Shown here: in pieces, positions 30,040 to 41,301 of the stretch
Numbering within the stretch: the stretch's first letter is position 1
Layout: every line of letters begins with the position of its first letter
Source: Spirochaetota bacterium
GTDB lineage: Bacteria > Spirochaetota > UBA12135 > COTS27 > CBDBHE01
Reading direction: 5' to 3'
Assembly (NCBI GenBank): GCA_965205605.1
Contig: CBDBHE010000004.1
Span: 1 to 57,927 of the forward strand
Length of the DNA: 57,927 bases
The notes under the pieces: model-generated
Database searches by the model: none
Told to the model about the DNA's origin: nothing
The model's input: only the letters and a program-made list of their open reading frames with translations
Position numbers and translations under genes: made by a program

Positions 30040-30666
30040 ATGGAAGAAAAAAATTATGAATCTCTAATAAAAAAGACGGCTTCTTTAGTAAAGAGAAATT
30101 TTGAAATTTGTGTTATTGGAATTTCTACAGGTGGACCAGATGCTTTAGAAATTCTTTTTAAACATTTGCCTACTAATCTTAAAAAAAGTATTGTTATTGT
30201 TCAACATATTTATGAGGGATTTTGTATTAATTTAGTCAATAGGCTCAATCGCAACTCTAATCTTTCAGTTGTCTCTGCAGAAGCAAAAGCTTTTTTAGAA
30301 CCAGGAAAAATATTTATTGCAAAAGCAAATAACAAACATCTTATCGTTAAAAAAGGCCAACTATTATATACTAATGCTCCTCCAGAAAATAGTTGTCGAC
30401 CATCTATTAATGTCCTTTTTAGATCTGTTGCTAAAGAATATAAAAAAAAAGTCATTGGAATTATCATGACTGGTATGGGATCAGATGGATTAGAAGGTTG
30501 TAAAGCAATTAAAGAAATGGGGGGGTGTATTATTGTTCAAAGTGAAAAAACGTGTAAAATCTCTAGTATGCCAAACCACCCTATAAAAGCTGGTTTAGTA
30601 CCAGAAATTCTTTCTCCAATTGGAATTGCCCATAGGATTAAAGAATTATTAGGAATCATAAAGTAA
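30040..30666 (+). CDS. cheB: CheB methylesterase, catalytic domain only
   Basis: GISTGGP, VQH, RPSINVLF, MTGMGSDG; no receiver domain. Confidence 0.92.
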   Translation: MEEKNYESLIKKTASLVKRNFEICVIGISTGGPDALEILFKHLPTNLKKSIVIVQHIYEGFCINLVNRLNRNSNLSVVSAEAKAFLEPGKIFIAKANNKHLIVKKGQLLYTNAPPENSCRPSINVLFRSVAKEYKKKVIGIIMTGMGSDGLEGCKAIKEMGGCIIVQSEKTCKISSMPNHPIKAGLVPEILSPIGIAHRIKELLGIIK

Positions 30667-30674
30667 TAAGAAAT

Positions 30675-31532
30675 TTGATGGAAATAAAAAAATTAGAATA
30701 CCGTTTTATTATTGATATTATCAAAAAACATTCTGGTTTACATATAGCAAAAGAAAAGTCATATTTGATTCCTAGTAAACTAAATACAATACTTGAAGAG
30801 TATCATTTAAAAAATTATACTGAATTGGGAAAAGAACTCGAAAAAAATATCAACAAAGAAATTTTTTTTAAAACATTAGACTTAATTATTAATCATGAAA
30901 CAAGTTTTTTTCGAGAAAAAAATATTTTTCAATCAATTCATAAACAAATTATACCTGAATGGTTATTTTTGAATAACTTAAACAAAAACTATTTACCAAA
31001 AGATAAAAAATTTAAAATATGGAGTGCTGGGTGTTCTACTGGGCAAGAATCTATTTCTGTTTTAATAGCCATATTAGAAAAATACCCTAATTTTATTAAT
31101 CATATAGAAATCCTTGCTACCGACATTTCTCCTTATGTTATTGAGTATGCTAAAAAAGGAAAATACAGTGAGTTTCAAATAGATAGAGGCTTGGATAAAA
31201 AAAATTTAAAATCTTATTTTATAAAAATTAATAAAGGTTATCAAATTAAGAATTTGTATAAAAAACTTATTAACTATCAAACCCTAAACCTTGTAAATAG
31301 TCGCTACCCTACTCAATTTGATTTAATATTATGCCGTAATGTTGTGTTTTATTTTGATCAAAAAACACGTTTAAAAACCTATAATAGTCTTTTTAAAAGT
31401 CTTAATCCAAAAGGGATACTTTATTTAGGTTTAGCAGAAGATTTATCTTATTATAAGATAAAAAATCTTACTACAAAACATTACAATCAAAGCAAGTATT
31501 TTCAGTTTTCAAAAAAATCTGTTTTTTGTTAA
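30675..31532 (+). CDS. cheR: CheR methyltransferase
   Basis: [33 protein letters not shown]. Confidence 0.95.
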   Translation: MMEIKKLEYRFIIDIIKKHSGLHIAKEKSYLIPSKLNTILEEYHLKNYTELGKELEKNINKEIFFKTLDLIINHETSFFREKNIFQSIHKQIIPEWLFLNNLNKNYLPKDKKFKIWSAGCSTGQESISVLIAILEKYPNFINHIEILATDISPYVIEYAKKGKYSEFQIDRGLDKKNLKSYFIKINKGYQIKNLYKKLINYQTLNLVNSRYPTQFDLILCRNVVFYFDQKTRLKTYNSLFKSLNPKGILYLGLAEDLSYYKIKNLTTKHYNQSKYFQFSKKSVFC

Positions 31533-33574
31533 AAATAAAAAAAAGGAGTGATTCACCAATGGTAAATCCAATAAGCAATTTTATAAAAAATTTAAAAGTA
31601 AATTTAAAAATATACGTTATTATAATTGTATTTTTTATCCCTTTGATGTTTCTTTTCATCACTAAAATAGTGTCTTATCAAGAAACAATTAATGCTGTAA
31701 AAGAAGAAAAAGAAGCTTTAGTGTATATAAGGCAACTTTATACTCTTGTCATTAAAATACAATTACACCAATATCAAAGTGGTCGATATCTGAGTGGTAA
31801 TAGTACTAAAAATTTATTAGAACCCCTTAAAAAAACACGTGCAGAAATCAACGAACTCTTTGAAAAATCCTTAAAGTTAGATGAGCGTCACTTTGCTAAA
31901 TTTGAAGATCACGATGATGGGTTAACGGACTCAAAAAAAGCTTGGTCTAGTTTAATAAAAAGACTTAATGATAAACGTATTGATCTTATCGATGATTTTG
32001 AGCTTCACTCAGAGATTAATAAAGAGCTGATTGAACTTATGAGTCGGCTTGAGTTTATGAGTCGACCTAATCAAACCGCTAATTCTAAATCTGATAACTT
32101 ACTTTTATTATATTTAAGAACAGTTACTTTAAAAGATATCCCATATATTCAAGAACAAATAAGTCAACTTAGATTTGTATTAGGGACGATTAATGAAAAA
32201 AAAGAACGTCAAGAAATATCAAAGAATGTGTTTGCACGAGTACATCAATTGGAGCTAGAAACAAAAAGACTCCTTAGGCATTTTAAATATGTTTTTAAAG
32301 GACACCCTGAAATTAAAGAGCGTTTGGAGAAAAATTTAGATTATTTTAATTCAAATTCTCATGCTTTTTTTACTGAAGTTAATGAATCTTTTAGAGAAGA
32401 TAAAAATAAGGCTAGTTTTTTTTTAAAAAAAATTAATCAACAAATTGAATTACTTTTAGAATTAAGAAATCAAACTGAAGAAGAAATAGACCTTATTTAT
32501 TCAGGTTTTTCAATCAGGAGTAAAACAAAATTATATATTTTTTGGGTCATGGTGTTGGTGTTTTTTATTATAGGCAGTCTGATTACTTTTACAAGTATTA
32601 ACACTATTTTAAATCCAATTAAAACAATTGTTTCAAAAGTAAAAAATATTTCTCAAGGAGATTTAAGAGAAGTCATTAATTATCAAGCTAAAGATGAATT
32701 AGGAGAATTGGTTGTTTCCTTTAATTACTTTATAAAACAAATAGAAACTATTATTAAAGATATTTTAAAAAATAGTCTTGTGTTACAAAATGAAGCTAAA
32801 ATCATATCAAGTTCTGTACAAGGATTTTCTATGTCTTCAACTAAAATTAATTCTCAAACAGATGAAGTTGCTGGTGCTGAAAAAGAAATTAACCAAAGAA
32901 TACAAAATGTTGCAAGTGCCATAGAGGAAATGTCTATTTCTATTAATGAAGTTTCAAAGCAAACAACTAAAGCAGCTCAAGTAACAGCGAGAGCTTCTGA
33001 GTCTGCTAAAAGCACTAATAACATCATAGTTGACTTCAATGAGAAAGCCAATGAAATCGATGGGGTTATAGAAACAATTGCAAGTATCGCCGAACAAACA
33101 AAACTTTTAGCTTTAAATGCTTCTATTGAAGCAGCAAGAGCCGGTGAAGAAGGAAGAGGATTTTCAGTTGTTGCTTCTGAAGTAAAAGAGCTCTCTATTC
33201 AAACAGCTAATTCTTCAGAAGAAGTTAAATCAAAAATAGAAAACCTTCAGGCAAGTACTCAAAAAGCAATCAAAGCAATCAAAGATATTTTAAATAAAAC
33301 TTTAGAAGTCGATAATATCACTTCTTCTATTGCTACGGCTTTAGAAGAACAAACCATTACTGTTAAAGAAATTGCCATTAACCTATCTCAAACTTCTGAA
33401 AGATCAAATTATGCTTCATCTAATATCGTTTCAATTGGAAATCTTATGAAAACTCTTGATCAAGATAGTACCAATATAGCAGCAAAATCTAAAGGATTAC
33501 TTAATATTTCAACTTCTCTAAATAGAATAGTTAATCAATTTAAAGTTACAGAAACAACAACAGAAAAATTTTAA
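31526..33574 (+). CDS. Methyl-accepting chemotaxis protein
   Basis: Two TM helices, HAMP (DELGEL), signalling hairpin [34 protein letters not shown]. Confidence 0.96.
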   Translation: MLKIKKRSDSPMVNPISNFIKNLKVNLKIYVIIIVFFIPLMFLFITKIVSYQETINAVKEEKEALVYIRQLYTLVIKIQLHQYQSGRYLSGNSTKNLLEPLKKTRAEINELFEKSLKLDERHFAKFEDHDDGLTDSKKAWSSLIKRLNDKRIDLIDDFELHSEINKELIELMSRLEFMSRPNQTANSKSDNLLLLYLRTVTLKDIPYIQEQISQLRFVLGTINEKKERQEISKNVFARVHQLELETKRLLRHFKYVFKGHPEIKERLEKNLDYFNSNSHAFFTEVNESFREDKNKASFFLKKINQQIELLLELRNQTEEEIDLIYSGFSIRSKTKLYIFWVMVLVFFIIGSLITFTSINTILNPIKTIVSKVKNISQGDLREVINYQAKDELGELVVSFNYFIKQIETIIKDILKNSLVLQNEAKIISSSVQGFSMSSTKINSQTDEVAGAEKEINQRIQNVASAIEEMSISINEVSKQTTKAAQVTARASESAKSTNNIIVDFNEKANEIDGVIETIASIAEQTKLLALNASIEAARAGEEGRGFSVVASEVKELSIQTANSSEEVKSKIENLQASTQKAIKAIKDILNKTLEVDNITSSIATALEEQTITVKEIAINLSQTSERSNYASSNIVSIGNLMKTLDQDSTNIAAKSKGLLNISTSLNRIVNQFKVTETTTEKF

Positions 33575-33590
33575 ATTAAAACTCTTTTGT

Positions 33591-33622
33591 ATTTAATTAA
33601 AAAAATAATTTTTTAATTAAAT
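33591..33622 (+). terminator. AT-only hairpin after che operon
   Basis: ATTTAATTAAAAAA-ATAA-TTTTTTAATTAAAT, 14-bp stem. Confidence 0.45.
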
Positions 33623-33773
33623 TTAAATACCTCACTAAGGTAAAGTTATACATTTATATAGTTTTAAAAAATTTTAAATTTAGTCTATTAATTTTATTAA
33701 GTAAATTTAAAAACTTGTCGACATTCAAAAGAATTATCAAAAAAATATTAGGAATAAAAATTATTTAAAAAAC

Positions 33774-35579
33774 ATGCAAAAAAAAATTATTATAGGTGCT
33801 CTTGCTGGTGTTATATTATTGGGTTTGTTTTTAGGGATTAACCGATACAAAAAATCAGGGATTCATAAAGAAATTAGGCGATATGAAAATCGAGTTGAAA
33901 AATATCCTGAAGATCCAGAAAATTATAAAACTCTTTCTAAACTTTATGAAAAACTTAAAGATTATGAAAGCTCTGAAAAATACTACGAACTCGCTCAACA
34001 AGCTGAAATTTTAAAAAAAGAAACCGACCAACAAAAGCGTTTAGCTGAGCTACAAAAACTAGTCGGTTTTTCTAGAGCCATTGCCCAAAATAAAAAAGAA
34101 AAAGGAGAAATTGAAGATTCGGATGCTATAAAGACTTCTTTTGACTTAAAAAAGCTTGATAAAACAGACGACCCTATTTTAAATAAAGCCATCAATGCTT
34201 ATAACAAAGCACAAGAATATTATCAAAAAAAAGAACTCGAGGAGGCTATAAAAAAATTAAAAGAAGCGATTTCATATAAAGAAGATTTTGATAAAGCTTA
34301 TTCTTTATTAGCATCGATTCAATTAGAAAAAAAAAAATTTGATGAAGCTTTGAAAAATTCAAAAAAAGCAGTCTCTCTTAATCCAAAAGATGATAATGCT
34401 TTCTTTGTTAAAGGCGAAGTTTTTAGAGAATATAAAGATTTACAGCAAGCTAAAAAAAATTATAAGCAAGCAGTAGAAAACAATGATCAACATTATTTAG
34501 CTTTTTACCGCTTGGGCAATATAAAATACCGAATGAAATTTTACAAAGAAGCTAGTGGTTTTTACAAAAAATGTCTTAAAATAAAACCAGATTTTTATAA
34601 AGCGATTATCAATTTAGGAATGTGCTATTACCAAAGTAACAACTTAATTTCTTCTAGAAAACTTTTTGAAAAAGCTATAAGTACTAATAGCATACAAGAA
34701 GATAAACCTAGTTTATATTTTGCTTATTCTAGACTTGGGTTTATTAATAAAAAGCTCCGTTCTTATGATAAAGCGATCTTATATCTTAAAAAAGCTAGTA
34801 AAATTAAAGAAGATCCAAAAAATTTAGTTTTATTAGGAATTCTCTATGAAGAAAAAGGAAACAAAGCTTTAGCCAAAGAAGTTTATAACAATGCTTTGGG
34901 TGTTGATTCTGAAAATATAGAAGCTCTTTATAATTTTGGAACTCTTATCATGAATACCGATACCCCTAAAAAAGCTTTGGAATATTTTAAAAAAATTATT
35001 GATATTAAACCTTCGTATATCAAAGCTTATATTAATGCGGGTGTTTGCCATGTAAAATTACATGATAGAGACAGTGCTAAAAAATACTTTACAGAAGCTT
35101 TTAAAATTAATAATAAACACCCTGATGTTAATATCGAGCTTGCCAAATATTGGAAAGAAAAAACCATTATGGATAAAGCAGTCTATCATACTAAAATTGC
35201 CATCCTTAATGAAAAAAATCTTTCAAGAAAAGCAAAATATTTTAATGAATTGGGACTAATTTATTTAGATTTTGAATTAGAAGATGAAGCCATAAAATCT
35301 TTTTTAAAATCTAGAGAAATAGAACCAACTAATAAAGAGACACTTAAAAGCTTGATTAAGATTTATACTAAACAAAAAAATTGGGAAGAAGTTTCTAAAT
35401 ATACTACTATCCTTATTCGAATTGATAATAAAGCTTATGAATATTATGAAAATTTAGGAAAGGTATATCTTAAAATGAAAGAAAGTGGAAAAGCAAAGAA
35501 AATCTTTAATGATTTATTAAATAAAAATCCTTCTTATAAAAATCGAAAAGAAATTGAAAAAATTATACAAATTTTGTAA
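33774..35579 (+). CDS. Membrane-anchored tetratricopeptide repeat protein
   Basis: N-terminal TM followed by many 34-aa TPR units. Confidence 0.9.
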   Translation: MQKKIIIGALAGVILLGLFLGINRYKKSGIHKEIRRYENRVEKYPEDPENYKTLSKLYEKLKDYESSEKYYELAQQAEILKKETDQQKRLAELQKLVGFSRAIAQNKKEKGEIEDSDAIKTSFDLKKLDKTDDPILNKAINAYNKAQEYYQKKELEEAIKKLKEAISYKEDFDKAYSLLASIQLEKKKFDEALKNSKKAVSLNPKDDNAFFVKGEVFREYKDLQQAKKNYKQAVENNDQHYLAFYRLGNIKYRMKFYKEASGFYKKCLKIKPDFYKAIINLGMCYYQSNNLISSRKLFEKAISTNSIQEDKPSLYFAYSRLGFINKKLRSYDKAILYLKKASKIKEDPKNLVLLGILYEEKGNKALAKEVYNNALGVDSENIEALYNFGTLIMNTDTPKKALEYFKKIIDIKPSYIKAYINAGVCHVKLHDRDSAKKYFTEAFKINNKHPDVNIELAKYWKEKTIMDKAVYHTKIAILNEKNLSRKAKYFNELGLIYLDFELEDEAIKSFLKSREIEPTNKETLKSLIKIYTKQKNWEEVSKYTTILIRIDNKAYEYYENLGKVYLKMKESGKAKKIFNDLLNKNPSYKNRKEIEKIIQIL

Positions 35580-35611
35580 ACTTAAATTTTAAAATCATTG
35601 GAAAATAAAAA

Positions 35612-36034
35612 ATGAAGGTTCTCAGTTTTGATATTGGGGACAAAGTGATAGGAGTGGCGACAAGTGATTTAACAGAAATGATCGTCACTCCTAAAATGCC
35701 GATATTTTATGAAAAGGAAAAATCATTAATTGATCTTTTAGCTGCTCAAGTTATTAATGAAAAAACCCAAAAAGTAGTTATCGGCTACCCTCTAAATATG
35801 GATGGGACAAAAGGAAAGCAAGCTAATAAAATGACAAATATTGTAGCCTCTCTTAAAAAAAAACTCCCCAACATCGAATGGATTTTACATGATGAAAGAT
35901 TATCTTCTTGGTCGGTAAGAAGAAAATATTCTACTTTAAAACTTTCAAAAAAGAAACAAATTAAGAATATTGATAGCTTTAGTGCTATGGAAATTTTAAG
36001 TGATTTTTTAGAAATTCCCTCTAAAGAATTTTAA
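35612..36034 (+). CDS. ruvX: YqgF/RuvX pre-16S rRNA nuclease
   Basis: DIGDKVIGVATSD, GYPLNMDG, DERLSS, IDSFSA. Confidence 0.93.
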   Translation: MKVLSFDIGDKVIGVATSDLTEMIVTPKMPIFYEKEKSLIDLLAAQVINEKTQKVVIGYPLNMDGTKGKQANKMTNIVASLKKKLPNIEWILHDERLSSWSVRRKYSTLKLSKKKQIKNIDSFSAMEILSDFLEIPSKEF

Positions 36035-36064
36035 TTAATTTTTTAGAAAAATTAAATTATTACT

Positions 36065-39000
36065 ATGTTTAAATCTATTTCAAATGAAATTAATTTTCCA
36101 AAATTAGAAGCAGAAATCAACCAATATTGGGAAGATAATAATACTTTTCAACAATCTATAAAAAATCGTCTTGGCAATAAATCTTTTATTTTTTATGATG
36201 GGCCTCCTTTTGCGACAGGATTGCCTCACTATGGGCACCTTTTAGCAGGAACGATTAAAGACATCATTCCAAGATACCAAACCATGAAAGGAGCGTACGT
36301 AGAAAGACGCTTTGGATGGGATTGTCATGGCTTACCCATAGAAATGGAAATGCAAAATAAACTTAATTTAAAATCAAGAAATGATATTCTCTCTTATGGG
36401 ATCAAACCATTCAATGAAGCTTGTCGTTCTAATGTTTTAAAATATACCAATAAATGGGAAAAAATTGTCAATAAAATGGGTCGATGGGTTGATTTTAATA
36501 ATTCATATCAAACAATGGACAATGCTTTTATGGAGTCTGTTTGGTGGGTTTTTAAAGAACTTTATAAAAAAAATCTCATTTATGAAGGATTTAAAGTTTT
36601 ACCTTATTCTTGGAAAGCCTCAACAATTTTGTCTAATTTTGAAGCTAATTTAAATTACAAATCCGTTCAAGATCCAGCTCTTATTGTTAAATTTAAAATT
36701 AGAGATAGAGAAGAATTTTTACTTGCTTGGACAACAACTCCATGGACGCTTATTTCTAATACTGCTTTATGTGTTTCTAAAGACATTCTTTACATTAAAA
36801 TAAAAATTAAAAAAACAAATGAAATTTATATATTAAGTAAAAAAAGCAAAAATAAAATCTTTCAAGAAAATGAAATAATTGTTTTAGAGGAGTTTAAAGG
36901 TGAAAGAATGGTTAATTATCTTTATGAGCCACTGTTCCCTTACATGCAAAAAGAAATCGATACAAAAGATGCTTTTAAAGTTTTAACAGATGATTTTGTC
37001 CAAGATGAAGAAGGGGTTGGTATTGTTCATTTAGCTCCTGCTTTTGGAGAAGATGATTATCGAGTTTGTAATGAAAATCAATTGCCTCTTTTTGATCCGA
37101 TTGATTTAGATGGTAATTTTAATAATACTATAGGAGTTGTTTCAGGAGTTAATTTTAAAGACGCTAATAAAATCATTATTAAAGAATTAAAAAATAAAAA
37201 TCTTATATTTAGTCATCAAACCATAGAGCATTCCTACCCTTTTTGCTGGCGAACAGATACGCCTTTAATTTATAAAGCTATTTCTACTTGGTTTGTAAAA
37301 GTAGAGTCTATAAAAGAAAGAATCATTTTAAATAATAAAAAAATTAATTGGACTCCAGAGCATCTTAAAGAAGGTCGTTTTGGAAAATGGTTAGAAAATG
37401 CAAAAGATTGGGCAATTAGTAGAAATCGTTATTGGGGGACTCCTCTGCCTCTTTGGCGTTGTGAAAAAGATAATAGCTTATTATGTTTCGGAAGTATTAA
37501 AGAGTTAGAACAAGCAAGTGATCAAAAAATTAATGACCTACACAAACATTATCTCGATGAAATCAAAATTAAAAAAGACGGAAAAACTTATAAAAAAATT
37601 AGTGAGGTATTAGATTGTTGGTTTGAATCAGGGTCAATGCCATTTGCTCAAAATCATTATCCTTTTAAAACCACTTCACTTGAAAATATTTTTCCAGCAG
37701 ATTTTATTGCTGAAGGCCTTGATCAAACTAGGGGTTGGTTTTATACCCTTCTTGTTATTTCAACGGCTCTTTTTAATCAACCTCCTTTTAAACAAGTGAT
37801 TGTCAATGGTCTTATCTTAGCAAAAGACGGTAAAAAAATGTCTAAAAGACTTAAAAATTATCCTGAAGTAGACCATATTTTAGACTCTTACGGGGCGGAT
37901 GCTCTTAGGCTTTATCTCATAAGCTCCGGTGCCATAAAAGGAGAAAATCTATGTTTTTCTGAAAAAGGAATTTTAGAAGCAACAAAATTATTTCTTTTGC
38001 CCCTTTGGCATTCTTTTTCTTTTTTTATTTCTTACGCCAATATTGATCACTGGAAATATAATAAAAAACTTGATTTTAAAAAAAATAATTTTTTAGATGA
38101 ATGGCTTCTTTCTTATACCCAAACTACTCTTAAAAAAATTATAAATTCAATGGATCAATATAAACTTTATGAAATTCCCCCTATTCTTTACAAATTTATG
38201 GATCGCCTAACTAATATTTATATTAGAAATAACAGAAGACGTTTTTGGAAAAGTGAAAATGACAACGATAAAAATGAAGCTTATCAAACTCTATATATTA
38301 CTTTAAAAACTATCAGCCTTATTATTGCTCCTTTTACACCTTTTATTTCAGAAAAAATTTATCATACCCTTACTTATCAAGAAAAACCTTCTTCTGTTCA
38401 TCATCAATATTATCCAAAAATAAATCAACTTCTTATTAATCAAAAACTCGAAGAAAAAATGACTATTTTAGAATCTTCTATTTCTTTAGCAAGATCCCTT
38501 AGGCTTAAAAATAAAATAAAAAATAGACAACCCCTTGCGTATTTAACTCTTATTACTGAAGATCTTCTTGTTTTAAAAACCATTAAAGCCAATCAAAATA
38601 TTATTAAAGAAGAACTTAATGTTAAAGAAATCCGTATTGAAAAAAATGAAAATAATTACATAACTCATCATTTAAAAGCTAATTTTAGAGTATTAGGCAA
38701 TCGTTACGGAAAAAAAGTACAAAAAATTAATCAGGCTATTATAAACTTAAGCCCAAAAGAAATTGCGCTTTTTAATAAAAAAAAAAAAATATCTATTTCA
38801 ATTGAAAAAGAAGTCTACCATTTAAACGAAGAAGACATCCTTGTTAAAAGAGAACAAAAAGGAAATTTTATTATTGCTAATGAAGGTCCTATTACTTGTA
38901 TTTTAAATACAAAATTAACTCCCGATTTAATTAGTGAAGGGCTAGCAAAAGAATTTATAAATCGCATTCAAAAATATAGAAAAAATCTCAACTTAAATTA

Positions 39001-39190
39001 CACAGATTTTATTTCCATTGAATGGAACTCAGAAGATCAGTTTTTAATTGACGCTCTTTTAAAAAATAAAAACTATATTTTAAAAGAAACTCTTGGGAAA
39101 AATTTTATTTTTAAAGAAAAAGAAAACTCCTTCTTTCAAGATACTTTAAACAAAAGATTGATCACCTATAAAATCAAAAAATCTTCTTAA
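36065..39190 (+). CDS. ileS: Isoleucine-tRNA ligase (type 2)
   Basis: DGPPFATGLPHYGH, WTTTPWT, DWAISRNRYWGTP, EGLDQTRGWFY, KMSKR. Confidence 0.98.
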   Translation: MFKSISNEINFPKLEAEINQYWEDNNTFQQSIKNRLGNKSFIFYDGPPFATGLPHYGHLLAGTIKDIIPRYQTMKGAYVERRFGWDCHGLPIEMEMQNKLNLKSRNDILSYGIKPFNEACRSNVLKYTNKWEKIVNKMGRWVDFNNSYQTMDNAFMESVWWVFKELYKKNLIYEGFKVLPYSWKASTILSNFEANLNYKSVQDPALIVKFKIRDREEFLLAWTTTPWTLISNTALCVSKDILYIKIKIKKTNEIYILSKKSKNKIFQENEIIVLEEFKGERMVNYLYEPLFPYMQKEIDTKDAFKVLTDDFVQDEEGVGIVHLAPAFGEDDYRVCNENQLPLFDPIDLDGNFNNTIGVVSGVNFKDANKIIIKELKNKNLIFSHQTIEHSYPFCWRTDTPLIYKAISTWFVKVESIKERIILNNKKINWTPEHLKEGRFGKWLENAKDWAISRNRYWGTPLPLWRCEKDNSLLCFGSIKELEQASDQKINDLHKHYLDEIKIKKDGKTYKKISEVLDCWFESGSMPFAQNHYPFKTTSLENIFPADFIAEGLDQTRGWFYTLLVISTALFNQPPFKQVIVNGLILAKDGKKMSKRLKNYPEVDHILDSYGADALRLYLISSGAIKGENLCFSEKGILEATKLFLLPLWHSFSFFISYANIDHWKYNKKLDFKKNNFLDEWLLSYTQTTLKKIINSMDQYKLYEIPPILYKFMDRLTNIYIRNNRRRFWKSENDNDKNEAYQTLYITLKTISLIIAPFTPFISEKIYHTLTYQEKPSSVHHQYYPKINQLLINQKLEEKMTILESSISLARSLRLKNKIKNRQPLAYLTLITEDLLVLKTIKANQNIIKEELNVKEIRIEKNENNYITHHLKANFRVLGNRYGKKVQKINQAIINLSPKEIALFNKKKKISISIEKEVYHLNEEDILVKREQKGNFIIANEGPITCILNTKLTPDLISEGLAKEFINRIQKYRKNLNLNYTDFISIEWNSEDQFLIDALLKNKNYILKETLGKNFIFKEKENSFFQDTLNKRLITYKIKKSS

Positions 39191-39338
39191 TCAAAGAACC
39201 AAAATGACTTGTTTCTTTTAAAGAAATTAAATAATTGTTTCAATTTGATACATTTTAAGAAACTCTATTATTTTGTAATTATTTTCCCTTCAAATAACCT
39301 TTATACCATCTATTTTATATTATATTATTTTAAAAAAT

Positions 39339-39354
39339 TGGCACATTATTTGAT
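39339..39354 (+). promoter_or_regulatory. Putative sigma54 -24/-12 promoter
   Basis: TGGCACATTATTTGAT: GG-N10-GA versus consensus TGGCAC-N5-TTGC, about 50 nt before the sigma factor ATG. Confidence 0.6.
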
Positions 39355-39405
39355 ATATTTTAAAAAAGAAATCAATACTTTCAATAAAATTTATAAGGAT
39401 AAAAA

Positions 39406-40248
39406 ATGAGAACAATCGACAATAGTTTACTTTACTACATAAGTCAGATTAAAAACATTCCTACTTTAAGTCGTGAAGAAGAATATAAATTAGCAATAAA
39501 AGCTGAAAATGGTGATAAAAAAGCCCAAGAAAAATTAATTTCTTCTAATTTAAAATTTGTTATTCAAGTATCAAAACAATATTACAATAAGCAAATTCCT
39601 TTGATTGATTTAATTAGTGAGGGAAATTTAGGGCTTTTGAGAGCTTTAAAAACTTTTCAAGTAAATAAAGGTTATCGATTTATTTCTTATGCTGTTCATT
39701 GGATTAAACAGTCTATTATTAAATCTGTTGCTGAAAAATCCAATTTAATTAAACTCCCACTTAATGCTAACAACCAACTTGTTAAAATTAAAAAAGAAAT
39801 TAATAGTAATCTTGAAAATTATAATCATTACGAAATCATTGAAAATATAGAAAAAAAATTCAATTTAAATAAATTGACGATTTTAAAATTAATTCAAATT
39901 TCTTCAAAACACCAGTCCCTTGATCAAACAACTAATAGTAATGAAACCTTAAAAAATTCCCAAAATATGAAAGAAATTATTAAAGATGACAAGGATAACA
40001 ATCAACCAGAAGCCCAAATCTTAAAAAAAGATTTAAAAAAAAGTATCAAAAAAATTCTCTCTTCTTTAAAACCAATAGAAAAAGAAGTAATTGAAAAAAG
40101 ATTTGGAATTAAAACCGACCCTCAAACATTACTTGAAATAGGCAAAGAAACTGGTCTGACTAAAGAAAGAATTAGGCAAATAGAGCAAAAATCTCTTGAA
40201 AAACTAAGAAATATAGCACCACTTTTAAAAGACCATATTTATAATTAA
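39406..40248 (+). CDS. Alternative sigma70-family factor (RpoS/SigA-like, lacking region 1.1)
   Basis: LSREEE, NLKFV, DLISEGNLGL, FISYAVHWIKQ, TKERIRQIE. Confidence 0.92.
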   Translation: MRTIDNSLLYYISQIKNIPTLSREEEYKLAIKAENGDKKAQEKLISSNLKFVIQVSKQYYNKQIPLIDLISEGNLGLLRALKTFQVNKGYRFISYAVHWIKQSIIKSVAEKSNLIKLPLNANNQLVKIKKEINSNLENYNHYEIIENIEKKFNLNKLTILKLIQISSKHQSLDQTTNSNETLKNSQNMKEIIKDDKDNNQPEAQILKKDLKKSIKKILSSLKPIEKEVIEKRFGIKTDPQTLLEIGKETGLTKERIRQIEQKSLEKLRNIAPLLKDHIYN

Positions 40249-40283
40249 TAATTTACTTATAAAATAATGTAAACAAAAAAAAA

Positions 40284-41276
40284 TTAGTTTTTATTAGTTT
40301 TTTCTTGGAGTGGTTTTTTTCCTTCTTTTTTCTCTTGCTGTTTAGTAGATAAATTAGCATCAATAGTTTTTTGACTTGAAGATTTATATTTATCATCTAA
40401 ATAATCTTTATAAAGATTTTTATAATTTTCTCCTTTAAAATTAATCACTTTAACATAATGATTAGCAAGTTTTTTTAATTTATAATTTTTGATTTTTTCA
40501 TTTTCTTTTGTTAAAGAAATGGTTAAATTCCAAAGATAAAAAAGTTCTCTTTGAAGGTTATAAACGGCATAATAACTATGATTGCCACTGGATAATTCAT
40601 ATAAAAATTGATGAGATCCTATTAAGAATTTATAAATTTCTCTTCTTTCTTTTTCTCCTTGAGCATAAATAATTTTATTTTCATTGTTACCAAGAAGATA
40701 CTCAAAAATCGTAACAGCCTCTTTAATATGCTCCATATCCCCTAAAAATAATTTAAAAAGTCCCGATATTTTTTTAATACGATAAACGATATTTCTAATT
40801 TCTTTATCAACAGCTCCATAATAAGCAAGGCTGTCTTCTATTTCTGTCATACGTTTATCAATTTTTTTAAGAATAATAAGTGTTTTATGAACAAATTGAT
40901 CGTTCCTAAGAAATCTAGAAAGATTTTTATAATAAAATTTTTGCTTCCTAGAAAATAAATCAAACAAATACAATTTTTGTAACTCGATTTCATCTGTTAA
41001 TTTTTTAGCAAAATTTTCTACTTTATAAATAATTTTTTTAAGTTCTACTTCTTCAATTTTTTTGAGATTTGCCTTAATGATTTCATAATCTTCTTTTTCC
41101 AATTGGGGATTTGCTTCATCAATGCCTTTAGCATACGGGGCATATGGATTCAATGCTTCTAATGGATTTATTTCTGCTTTTTTTTGTTCCTCAACTACTT
41201 TATCATCTTGAGAAAAACCAATAATGACCATAAACATTACTACTACACTAAGTCTTAAACAATTTCTAAAAAACAT
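40284..41276 (-). CDS. Hypothetical exported protein
   Basis: 330-aa ORF with signal peptide. Confidence 0.6.
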   Translation of the reverse strand: MFFRNCLRLSVVVMFMVIIGFSQDDKVVEEQKKAEINPLEALNPYAPYAKGIDEANPQLEKEDYEIIKANLKKIEEVELKKIIYKVENFAKKLTDEIELQKLYLFDLFSRKQKFYYKNLSRFLRNDQFVHKTLIILKKIDKRMTEIEDSLAYYGAVDKEIRNIVYRIKKISGLFKLFLGDMEHIKEAVTIFEYLLGNNENKIIYAQGEKERREIYKFLIGSHQFLYELSSGNHSYYAVYNLQRELFYLWNLTISLTKENEKIKNYKLKKLANHYVKVINFKGENYKNLYKDYLDDKYKSSSQKTIDANLSTKQQEKKEGKKPLQEKTNKN

Positions 41277-41301
41277 AAAAACAACCTTTTTTTTAAAAAA
41301 T

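Noticed and set aside
39209-39409. 66-aa ORF before the sigma factor
   Set aside because: Low-complexity AT-rich frame covering the promoter region, with no motif
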